DNA of 64,000 nucleotides, from IMG/VR virus record IMGVR_UViG_3300020045_006384, positions 1-64,000 of that record. One strand, 5' to 3'. Positions within the stretch are counted from its first letter, which is position 1; each line of letters begins with the position of its first letter. Of this stretch, positions 28,828 to 37,366 are shown one piece after another. Under the pieces are notes generated by a model. It made no database searches and was not told the DNA's origin. It saw only the letters and a program-made list of their open reading frames with translations. Origin of the DNA: a virus. The position numbers and the translations under genes are program-made.

Positions 28828-29595
28828 CAAGAGCGGACTCACTATATAGGGATATATAGTTAAAAATTGGAAGAATTGCTGGAACACTAAAGCCATTAAG
28901 GTATGTACAAAATTATAGTACACTAAGTAGTCAATCAGCAGCCGAGCTTACTAGAAGAAGTAAGAAGGTTCAACGACTAGGGAATCTACGGATAGCCCAC
29001 AGCCTCCAACATCTAGAACAGATGATGATATAGTCTAATCATTAGTGAAAACTAGTGCAGAAAAATAGTCTTTCATAAGCTAATTTTCTATTAATTTCAT
29101 TTTCTTTATATTTACCATTTTTAATTGTTACTAGATCATGATACTTTAAAATAGTATTTATTCTATGTAATTTTTTAGGATGATGTGATTGTAATAATTT
29201 ACAAAGTTTTATACATTTTTGATTACCTGTACAACTTAAAGAATAACCTATTGAATGATTTTCTTTTTTAGAAGGTTTTGTAGAAATATAAAGCATTAAT
29301 TGATGATTATCAAGTAAAAAGCTTTGCATTTTTTTCAATAGTTCTAATTCAGTATTTGTAAAATCAATTTTAATACTTTTATATTTATCAGTTTTATTGT
29401 TTTTACATAAACTAATAGAACCATCAGCATCAAAAAATCCAGAAATGTAATTTAAATTCATTGTTTTTAATTTTTAATTAATATTTAAGACAAGGGTTAG
29501 ATATAACCCTATTGCAAATATACAAAATATATTATTAAAAAACAAGTAAATTAAAAGAAATTTTATATAAATTTTATATATGAAATTAAAAAATG
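28828..29595 (+). mobile_element. Group I intron in the tmRNA T-loop
   Basis: P1 GAGTT/GACTC with U.G at the splice site; core GAATTGCTGGAA, AATCAGCAG, GTTCAACGACTA, ATGATATAGTCT; terminal omega-G at 29595. Confidence 0.9.
29042..29461 (-). CDS. LAGLIDADG homing endonuclease (single motif), antisense within the intron
   Basis: YISGFFDADGSI motif; own TATATTTG promoter at about 29516-29547 on the minus strand. Confidence 0.85.
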   Translation of the reverse strand: MNLNYISGFFDADGSISLCKNNKTDKYKSIKIDFTNTELELLKKMQSFLLDNHQLMLYISTKPSKKENHSIGYSLSCTGNQKCIKLCKLLQSHHPKKLHRINTILKYHDLVTIKNGKYKENEINRKLAYERLFFCTSFH

Positions 29596-29639
29596 CGACT
29601 CTCGGCGCCTCCACAAATAATTAACTAACAATTAACATT

Positions 29640-29969
29640 ATGAAAAATTTAGAATCACCAACAGCAATCCAAAAAGCTGGTTACACTGGCATTAAAGTTA
29701 CATCTATGCTACAAGCATGTTTATGTAATGAAATGAAACCACATTTAAGACTTGTTCAATTAGATAATTTATCAAAAATTAATAATAAGTATTTTAAAAC
29801 AAGATTAATAAACCAACAAGAAATGACTCTTCTTTGGAATATTTATTGGAATTTTGTTTTAAATGATTATAGATTTGAAGATAAATCTAAAAAATTAACT
29901 AAAGTTGAAGTATCAACAAAAGAAGTAAAACCTAAACATATTGGTTTAATTCTATTACATTCATTATAA
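29640..29969 (+). CDS. Hypothetical protein
   Basis: 109 aa; TAACTAACAA leader. Confidence 0.6.
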   Translation: MKNLESPTAIQKAGYTGIKVTSMLQACLCNEMKPHLRLVQLDNLSKINNKYFKTRLINQQEMTLLWNIYWNFVLNDYRFEDKSKKLTKVEVSTKEVKPKHIGLILLHSL

Positions 29970-30073
29970 TGAAAAATTATACATTATTTGCAATATATTT
30001 TTATAATGGTGAAATAGCATATACTAATATATTTAATGGAAATGAATTAAATAAATGTTTAAAATCTAATTAA

Positions 30074-30418
30074 ATGGAAAATATAGAATTAACAAAAGAA
30101 CACAAAACTAAATTATTAGAAATGTGTAAAAAATTATTTCCTAAAGATACTATTTATAAATTTGATAATTATGATAATATTGTATTTTTAATTAATCATA
30201 TAATTACAAAATATAATGATAAATTATCAGGTGAAAGATGGGACAAAAAATTATATATTCATTGGTTTGAATTTTGTATGACACATTTATTTACAAAATT
30301 AATTGTTAATAAATATGGATATGAATCTATTTCAGATGCAATGTCAAATGGATACTATGTAATATATTCAGTAAATCCAATAGATTATCTTTACGAAAAA
30401 TTTAAAAATTTAAAATAA
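30074..30418 (+). CDS. Hypothetical protein
   Basis: 114 aa; KLLEMCKKLFP and IHWFEFC motifs. Confidence 0.6.
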   Translation: MENIELTKEHKTKLLEMCKKLFPKDTIYKFDNYDNIVFLINHIITKYNDKLSGERWDKKLYIHWFEFCMTHLFTKLIVNKYGYESISDAMSNGYYVIYSVNPIDYLYEKFKNLK

Positions 30419-30439
30419 CTAACAAAATTAATAAACATT

Positions 30440-30634
30440 ATGGAAATTAAAGCACCTAAAATTGTAGCAAGTAGTAAAAATAATACTGTACCTGCTAAAA
30501 AGAAACTATTTGTTAAACGTGAAAGAAAATTTGACACTAAAGAACAATTACAAGCTTATCTTGCAGATTCTGTAGTTAAAAATAAATCTAACAGATTCAA
30601 TATGAAAATTTCTATTGGATCAAGTAAAAGTTAA
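30440..30634 (+). CDS. Small basic protein
   Basis: 64 aa, Lys-rich. Confidence 0.55.
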   Translation: MEIKAPKIVASSKNNTVPAKKKLFVKRERKFDTKEQLQAYLADSVVKNKSNRFNMKISIGSSKS

Positions 30635-30639
30635 ACATT

Positions 30640-30909
30640 ATGAAACGAATAAAACGTTGGATCAATTATCTATTAGTTAGATTTGTTCCTGGTACTAGTA
30701 AATTAGCTGTTATGGAAGCTAAAAGACTATCTGAACATATATTTGATAATTATGATGAACATCAACAATTAATTATTTTAGATGAATTAAAATCTAATTT
30801 AATTGAGATGCGTCAAAATCAAATAAAAAATAAAGAACTTCAAATCATTACATCAAATAGTGAATTGAAAGTTTTACAATCTAATTTAGAAAAGTTATTA
30901 GTTAAGTAA
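30640..30909 (+). CDS. Hypothetical coiled-coil protein
   Basis: 89 aa. Confidence 0.55.
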   Translation: MKRIKRWINYLLVRFVPGTSKLAVMEAKRLSEHIFDNYDEHQQLIILDELKSNLIEMRQNQIKNKELQIITSNSELKVLQSNLEKLLVK

Positions 30910-31303
30910 AATGGTCACATGAGAGTATAATAAAATTCATCTAGACATAGTCAGGAAGTTTAAATAAAAATTATTTAGTTTTATTTAAACGAAACTGTAG
31001 ACGCTCTTATAATCTTTTATTATATAATTATACCAGCACTAGCCACTGGATAACTAATAATATAGGTAGAATATATTAAATAATTTACAATTCTTGGAAA
31101 GAATTACTGGTTATCATTATGTTCTACCTTTTTCTAAATTTAAAAATACTACCTTTTTGGAAATTACTCGAGTTAGGTCCCAATTCTGTAGCATAGCTTT
31201 ATATAGAGGCTCAATTATCTATTGTTTGGCAGTAAATATAAGGTGAGATGTGATGTATCTTTCCTCACCTTATTACTGTTAATATTAACTAAAATTTAAA
31301 ATT

Positions 31304-31528
31304 ATGAAAATAAAACATTTAATAATCTTACCAATAGTAATTTATTTAATTTATTTAAATATATATACTATAACTCATTTTGATTTATTTTATAGAAATC
31401 CTACTAATTTTGAAACATTTGCAGGAGTAATATTTTTTATGACATGTGCTTCAACTGTTGTTGTTATTTTATTTGTTATTATTCATTATTCAAAACATAT
31501 TAATAAATTTCTAAATCAAAAATTATGA
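31304..31528 (+). CDS. Small membrane protein
   Basis: Two TM segments; ATGA-coupled to the next gene. Confidence 0.5.
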   Translation: MKIKHLIILPIVIYLIYLNIYTITHFDLFYRNPTNFETFAGVIFFMTCASTVVVILFVIIHYSKHINKFLNQKL

Positions 31529-31755
31529 AAATAACAGGTTATACAGTTTTATATTCTATATTAATAATATCATTAATAATTGGAATATATCATCTTGAAA
31601 TATATTTATATGATAGATGGATAACAAATAAAATAAACGGTCATGATGATTTTATTGCTATAAATACAGTTCTTGGTATAGTTATTTTTGCAATATTAGG
31701 ATTTACTGGTGCTTTTAATAAATTAGATAAATTACTTAAAAAAAGAATATTATGA
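31525..31755 (+). CDS. Small membrane protein
   Basis: Two TM segments; same architecture as the upstream gene. Confidence 0.5.
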   Translation: MKITGYTVLYSILIISLIIGIYHLEIYLYDRWITNKINGHDDFIAINTVLGIVIFAILGFTGAFNKLDKLLKKRIL

Positions 31756-32093
31756 AATATATATTAGGTCCATTTTTTAAATATTTAGTTATTATTATTG
31801 TATTTTTATTACAATTTATAATAGCTGTAATATATACAATTGTATGGGGAGTTCCAACATTATTATTTTATATTATATATATGATATTAATGACAATATG
31901 GAATTTTAAAATAATGTTATATAAATTTAAACAACCATATATTAAAAGTTATGAAGATTCTATATCTTGTAATTTATTATGGTCAGAAAAATCAAAAACA
32001 TATTATTCTTATTTTCATTTAATATGGAATTTATCAATTAGAAAACCAATAATGGTTCAAATTATAAACAAAATTAATAAACAATTAAATTAA
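31752..32093 (+). CDS. Membrane protein
   Basis: Long hydrophobic N-terminus. Confidence 0.5.
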   Translation: MKYILGPFFKYLVIIIVFLLQFIIAVIYTIVWGVPTLLFYIIYMILMTIWNFKIMLYKFKQPYIKSYEDSISCNLLWSEKSKTYYSYFHLIWNLSIRKPIMVQIINKINKQLN

Positions 32094-32098
32094 ACATT

Positions 32099-32716
32099 AT
32101 GAAACAATTCATTTTAATGGCACTTATGTTAGTGTCAACATTATTAGTTACTGGAACAGAAACAACTAATAAAATTACTCAACCTATTGAAAGTGCTTTA
32201 ACTAAAACACAAAATAGTTTAAATGCTGCCACAGCTTCTGTTAAAGAAACAAATAAAACTTTCTTAGGTCAAACATCAAATGGTGTAAGTACAGTCTATG
32301 GTGATACTAAAAATGGTATTTCTACTATGTATAATGATGTAAAATCTGTTGCACCCGATGCTAAAGCAGCCATGAAAGAAATCTATAATGTAATTAAAGA
32401 TGTTTCTGTATATAGCTGGAATCTATTAGTTAAACAACAAAAAATTTGGTCATTATGTTATTTATTTTGTGAATTATTATTTTTTTATTCAGTATATAGA
32501 TTTTGGCAAGCTTATGCTAAATATTCTGATAAAGATTTAGATGAATCAGGTGTTACAAAAGGTAAGAATATTATACCATGTATTATATTAGGAGCCAGCT
32601 CATTAGTATTAGGATATTTTAGTTTCATACATTTTGAAGCTATGATAACTGGATTTTTCAATCCTGAATTTGGAGCTTTAAGACAATTAGTAGAATTAGG
32701 TAAAACAATTAAGTAG
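32099..32716 (+). CDS. Membrane protein with signal peptide
   Basis: Signal peptide, two TM segments, C-terminal FFNPEFGAL. Confidence 0.6.
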   Translation: MKQFILMALMLVSTLLVTGTETTNKITQPIESALTKTQNSLNAATASVKETNKTFLGQTSNGVSTVYGDTKNGISTMYNDVKSVAPDAKAAMKEIYNVIKDVSVYSWNLLVKQQKIWSLCYLFCELLFFYSVYRFWQAYAKYSDKDLDESGVTKGKNIIPCIILGASSLVLGYFSFIHFEAMITGFFNPEFGALRQLVELGKTIK

Positions 32717-32718
32717 TT

Positions 32719-33654
32719 ATGTTACAAAATAGAAACAGTTCTTTATTAAGCAAATATGCTGGTAAAGAAGACCTTATTTTTAAATCAAAAAATGATAAGG
32801 ATACATTGTTATTATTAGATAAACCAAAAGAAAACTTAGAAATTTTAAGAACAATTGGTTTAAACGAACATATTGATAAAGTTTCACACGAAGTTAATAT
32901 TAAAAATTCTAAAAAACAATTTGCTAATATTTTTAATAGACCATCTTTTTTAGGATCTGATATTAAACAATTATGTAATGAGTATGATTTAGTTATTTCT
33001 AGAGCTGCCAATTATCATGGATCTCCTTTTGAAGGATTACCTGAAATAATTCAAAATTTTATTGCAGATCATAATTATGAAACTGTTATTCCTGCTAAAA
33101 TGGGAACAAAAAAAGTTTATAAAAAAGATGAAAATAAAAATTATATTAGAGATGTTGAAGGTAATTTAATTGAAATTGAAGAAGAATATGAAATTACACC
33201 TTCAAAAACTGTAATTAAATCTAAAATTAAAACAGGACATTCTAATTGGTTTATTATGGCTCCAAGAGAATCTTTTAGTGGTAAAACTAAAAATAACTGT
33301 TGTACTTTATTTTATAGAGATGATGAAGATTCTAGAAATATTTCAGAATCTGATGTATTTTTAGAAATACATTCTTGGGGTAAAGCTTATTCTGATTTAA
33401 GAAAATATAATTATTTTACTAAGAATATAGATTATTCAACAGAGTGTAAAATAAGAAGTATTTCATATGATGATGAAGAAATTACAAATAAAAATATAAC
33501 TTTTTATTTTTTAATGTTTTCAATATTATTAACATCTTGGTTTTATACATTAAATTTTGTAAATACAGTAATACTTCAAGGATTATTATTTGGTATTTTA
33601 TATCTTTGTGTTAGAAAACAAGCAGAATGTTATAAAAAATTATGGAAAATTTAA
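32719..33654 (+). CDS. Hypothetical protein with C-terminal TM helices
   Basis: 311 aa. Confidence 0.6.
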   Translation: MLQNRNSSLLSKYAGKEDLIFKSKNDKDTLLLLDKPKENLEILRTIGLNEHIDKVSHEVNIKNSKKQFANIFNRPSFLGSDIKQLCNEYDLVISRAANYHGSPFEGLPEIIQNFIADHNYETVIPAKMGTKKVYKKDENKNYIRDVEGNLIEIEEEYEITPSKTVIKSKIKTGHSNWFIMAPRESFSGKTKNNCCTLFYRDDEDSRNISESDVFLEIHSWGKAYSDLRKYNYFTKNIDYSTECKIRSISYDDEEITNKNITFYFLMFSILLTSWFYTLNFVNTVILQGLLFGILYLCVRKQAECYKKLWKI

Positions 33655-33929
33655 AATATTTTTTAGCTAGTTTATTTTTAGTATTAGTATTATTTGGTTG
33701 GTATTTTGAATCTGAATATGTTTATACATATTATAAAAGACATAATTTATTAACTAATGAACAAAAAAGTAATTTATTAATTAATGCTGATTTAAACAAA
33801 TGGTATGTAAAAAAATCAACATATCAAGTTACTGTAATTAAAAGTAATATACCTTTTATATATTCTAAAAAAGATACAATTCGTTTATACACAAAATATT
33901 ACGAAACTACATGTCCTGAATGTGAATAA
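33642..33929 (+). CDS. Membrane-anchored hypothetical protein
   Basis: N-terminal TM. Confidence 0.5.
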   Translation: MENLKYFLASLFLVLVLFGWYFESEYVYTYYKRHNLLTNEQKSNLLINADLNKWYVKKSTYQVTVIKSNIPFIYSKKDTIRLYTKYYETTCPECE

Positions 33930-33965
33930 ATTTATGGAAGCACAACCATCAATAGTGCAAACCCT

Positions 33966-34091
33966 TAATAATAAGTTCACTTAAATGTAAAGTCCACGCA
34001 TGTGAAGTTTGATTCCTCACACTTATTATTACATATTTAAATATTAGCAAGGTGCATTTGTTCGTACAGGGTTGAAATCCTATATTTAAAT
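33966..34091 (+). ncRNA. Two degenerate tRNA-like elements (33966-34031, 34034-34091)
   Basis: Long AT-rich closing stems (TAATAATAAGT/ACTTATTATTA; TATTTAAATAT/ATATTTAAATA) with T-arm-like hairpins; no anticodon arm. Confidence 0.35.
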
Positions 34092-34097
34092 AACCCA

Positions 34098-34172
34098 CGT
34101 GAGTTCATCTAATAGGTAAGACCACAATACGTTCTGTATTAGGGAATGTGGGTTCAACTCCCATACTCACAA
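34098..34172 (+). tRNA. Aberrant tRNA-Glu-like gene/pseudo-tRNA
   Basis: GTGAGT/ACTCAC acceptor, TCT-AATAGGTA-AGA D arm, GTGGG-TTCAACT-CCCAT T arm; anticodon arm AATAC-GTTCT-GTATT with a non-canonical 5-nt loop. Confidence 0.5.
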
Positions 34173-34190
34173 CTATTAAAATACTCTTTA

Positions 34191-34265
34191 GAGTGACTGG
34201 TACAATGAGAATGTTCTGAATGCTTTCATTAGTATTGAGTGGGGTTCGACTCCCTCTACCAGCTC
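34191..34265 (+). ncRNA. tRNA-like element lacking a D arm
   Basis: CTGGTA/TACCAG acceptor, GGG-TTCGACT-CCC T arm, one central hairpin. Confidence 0.45.
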
Positions 34266-34470
34266 AAATAGACTTTCATAATAGTTTATTTTAGTTAGTT
34301 AGGAAAAATATGAGTGAAATCTAGCGTCCAGTCTGTGGAATAGAAAGTAACTCATATTTTTTATTTATAAATCAATAATATTAATTATGAAACAAAAAGA
34401 AACAGATTATTTAGATCAAATGGAAGAAGATGGATGGTTTTTAGGTCATACAATTTCTTCTTAATAATAC

Positions 34471-34577
34471 CGACCAAAGGTATGAGCAACCTCTCTGGGT
34501 TAGACGTGTATACTGTCCAAATTTATATACTCTATTAGAATGGAACGGAAGTGCAGTTCGAGTCTGCATTGGTCACA
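34471..34577 (+). ncRNA. tRNA-like element with enlarged central domain
   Basis: GACCAA/TTGGTC acceptor, perfect TGCAG-TTCGAGT-CTGCA T arm, about 70-nt non-canonical middle. Confidence 0.5.
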
Positions 34578-34602
34578 AACTAACAATTAAAAATAAAAAA
34601 TT

Positions 34603-34809
34603 ATGATATACAAATTAGATACAGAGTTCTTAGTAGCTCTAACAATAGTATTTGTTTTTGCAAAATTAACAAATATAATTGAATGGAATTGGTTCTGGGT
34701 ATTATGCCCAATATTATTACCAATAGGAATTCTATTATTTTGGTTAATATTTATATTATTTATATGGGTGAATTATGGACATAACAAAAAACAAAATGAG
34801 AAAATTTAA
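34603..34809 (+). CDS. Small membrane protein
   Basis: F.FAKLT.II.W.W.WVL.PI motif, typical of small phage membrane proteins. Confidence 0.6.
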   Translation: MIYKLDTEFLVALTIVFVFAKLTNIIEWNWFWVLCPILLPIGILLFWLIFILFIWVNYGHNKKQNEKI

Positions 34810-35542
34810 ACTTTTAAAAGTGTTTCCAAGATATGATAATATTGGTAAAATATATTCATTTGGAGATAAAAATATAATGCACCCAGAAAAGTATCCAGAA
34901 TTTTGGCAAGAAGTTGTTGAAAAAGATTATGAAATATTAAGTTTTAAAAGTATTGGTTATAATTTTACATGGAGTATTACTAATGATAAATTATATTGTT
35001 CAGAAGTAATAAATGATAAAACTTGGACACAAGATGAACTTTTAAAACCTTTTCATAAAATGTATATTCATTCAGTTAAAAGATTGTCTGATGGTGAAAT
35101 ATTTACTATTGGTGATAAAATTCAAACATCAAAAGTTTTAACAATAAACAGTTTTATAATTATTGATAATGAATTATTAATATCTCCTTTTGAAATTATT
35201 GGTACAATAGGTTTAAATAATTTTCAAAAAGTTAAACAACCATTATTCACAACTGAAGATGATGTTGATATTTTTGAAGGTGACGAGTATTGTACTATTG
35301 AAAAAGATACTTTAAGATATAGAATTAAAGAAATCGCTAAAAAGAATTCAGCAGGAAAAAATCAAGATTTACTTTATTATTTCTCAACAAAAGAAAAAGC
35401 TGAAGAATATATTATTATGAATAAACCTTGTTTGAGTTTAAATGATTTTAATTCATTAAACGAAACAAATGAAAAAGCTTTAATTGGTATTACTTTAAAA
35501 AAATTAAAAGAATTAGTTAAAACAAAATTAAAACAAAAATAA
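34775..35542 (+). CDS. Hypothetical protein
   Basis: 255 aa; IHSVKRLSDGEIFTIGD and LFTTEDDVDIFEGD motifs. Confidence 0.65.
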   Translation: MDITKNKMRKFKLLKVFPRYDNIGKIYSFGDKNIMHPEKYPEFWQEVVEKDYEILSFKSIGYNFTWSITNDKLYCSEVINDKTWTQDELLKPFHKMYIHSVKRLSDGEIFTIGDKIQTSKVLTINSFIIIDNELLISPFEIIGTIGLNNFQKVKQPLFTTEDDVDIFEGDEYCTIEKDTLRYRIKEIAKKNSAGKNQDLLYYFSTKEKAEEYIIMNKPCLSLNDFNSLNETNEKALIGITLKKLKELVKTKLKQK

Positions 35543-35577
35543 AATAAAATAAAAAACAACAATTAAAATTAATTATT

Positions 35578-35904
35578 ATGAATTTAGGTGGATTATCAGT
35601 TCGTTGGAGCTACAAAAACAATGCTACAACATGTCACATTAATAATGGTGACCAAGAAATTATCTCAAGAACTACAAAAGTTCGTCATGGAGATACAAAA
35701 GAAAAACAAATTGGAAGATTTCTTTCATTTAGAAAATCTATGATGCATTTACGTGCTGTAGATGAAAATAATGAAATTATTAATCTTGTATCAAGAGAAC
35801 AAAGAACTGCAATGTGGAATGATTTTAAACAACAAATTAAATCTCCATTGCGTGTTAATGCAATTACTGCAAACAATGCAGTTAGAGTAGCTGTAAACGC
35901 ATAA
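35578..35904 (+). CDS. Hypothetical protein
   Basis: 108 aa with good codon bias. Confidence 0.6.
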   Translation: MNLGGLSVRWSYKNNATTCHINNGDQEIISRTTKVRHGDTKEKQIGRFLSFRKSMMHLRAVDENNEIINLVSREQRTAMWNDFKQQIKSPLRVNAITANNAVRVAVNA

Positions 35905-36230
35905 AACATATATAGAGAACAAGGGTTTGAAGTATCTATATAAATTTAACCTCTCTCAGAAACCCTGAAGCATGCCTGCTAACAGACCATTGGGTAATTC
36001 CATAGGAGCGCTGTAAGAGAGGTTTTTTAACTATTAAAATAAATTTAATTTATGAATGAATTAAACACTGTAACTTATCACTTTGCTGATGGTACAAAAC
36101 AAGTAAGTGCTATTAATAATCAAGTACTTGTAAATGAAAAAGGTCGTGCAAGATCTGAAGAACAGATTAACGAAGTATTTAAAGATACTATGCATGATTT
36201 AGGTGCAATATCTTTTGAATTGTAAAAATT

Positions 36231-36683
36231 ATGGAACAAAATGTTTCATTCGACAAAAGTAACTATCAGTTTATTGTCGAAAATACTATATTAGAAGTTA
36301 ATAAAGTATTAAACAATTGGAAAATAAATAATAAAAAAGATGACTATGATGATAGATTATCTTTATTTAGAACATATTTTTCAAAATTTTTTAAACAAAA
36401 ATATGGATGGATAATGTATAATGAATACATTAGAAAAAACTATCCAGTATGTACTGTTTATGATCATAAATTAATTAATATTGATTTAAATTTAGATCCT
36501 CACCAACTTCTTAGAAGTAAAATATCTAAAGATTTAGATGATTATATTAAAAATTACGATTTTATAAAATTTAATGACTTAAATCCATTAAAAGATATAA
36601 CATTGCAATTTAAAGATTTTACAAATGTTAAAAATCTTAATAATGTAGTAGATTACAAAAAAATAGAACAAATAAAATTTTAA
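36231..36683 (+). CDS. Hypothetical protein
   Basis: 150 aa. Confidence 0.55.
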   Translation: MEQNVSFDKSNYQFIVENTILEVNKVLNNWKINNKKDDYDDRLSLFRTYFSKFFKQKYGWIMYNEYIRKNYPVCTVYDHKLINIDLNLDPHQLLRSKISKDLDDYIKNYDFIKFNDLNPLKDITLQFKDFTNVKNLNNVVDYKKIEQIKF

Positions 36684-36694
36684 AAAAAACTAAA

Positions 36695-37150
36695 ATGAGC
36701 ACACAAGAACAAAACACAGAACAAGGTAAAGAAGCTAAAAAAGTATTAGAAGGATTTAACCAAACTGTAAAAAAATTAACAGCTATTGTTAAAGGAGAAG
36801 ACAATTTAAAACCTGTTAAAAAAGTAGCATTATCAGGAACAGATGGTGATGAAACTTATGATTTAGTAAAAGAACTTTTTGCTGAAGAAAGTGCTGCAAC
36901 TAAACAAGAAGTTAAAGAAGGTTTAAAAAATCTTTTAAAAGGTTATGTTACTCTTAATAATTCATTATCTGAAGAAAGAAAAAAACTTGATGCTTTAGAA
37001 GTTGCTAAGAAAAAAGAATTCAATCAAACTGCTGCAAAATTATTTGCTAAAATTGAAGGTGTTGATTCTTTAACTAAAGAATACTTTGGTGCATTTCAAG
37101 AAGCTGGTAAAGTTATTGTTGAAACTCCAGAAGAAGAAACTGAAGAATAG
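36695..37150 (+). CDS. Coiled-coil hypothetical protein
   Basis: 151 aa, K/E-rich. Confidence 0.6.
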   Translation: MSTQEQNTEQGKEAKKVLEGFNQTVKKLTAIVKGEDNLKPVKKVALSGTDGDETYDLVKELFAEESAATKQEVKEGLKNLLKGYVTLNNSLSEERKKLDALEVAKKKEFNQTAAKLFAKIEGVDSLTKEYFGAFQEAGKVIVETPEEETEE

Positions 37151-37366
37151 TGAAAACTTTCTTTGATATATTATTATATAGTTTATTAGTATTTGCAATA
37201 GTTTTATTACTTGGTCAAATATTACAAATTATATATATAATATTTACACCGTCTTCTAACTTATCAACAGAAGATTGTAAACGAAAAAATTATTGGGAAA
37301 AATTGTTTAAAAAAGATTAATTATATTATTCATTAGTTAAAGTATGAATCACTTTAAACTAAATAT

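Larger units (their letters stand above)
28484..29613 (+). ncRNA. ssrA: tmRNA (exons 28484-28827 and 29596-29613; about 362 nt spliced)
   Basis: 5' GGGGGCGACTGGCTTTGAC; spliced 3' end CCGAG-TTCGACT-CTCGG-CGCCTCC-A with G3:U70; tag ORF 28573-28659 GKNQIKANMAKVVSLINSNVEEDLLIAA*. Confidence 0.9.

Noticed and set aside
30940-31000. Hammerhead ribozyme
   Set aside because: There is a stem followed by GAAAC but no CUGANGA core.
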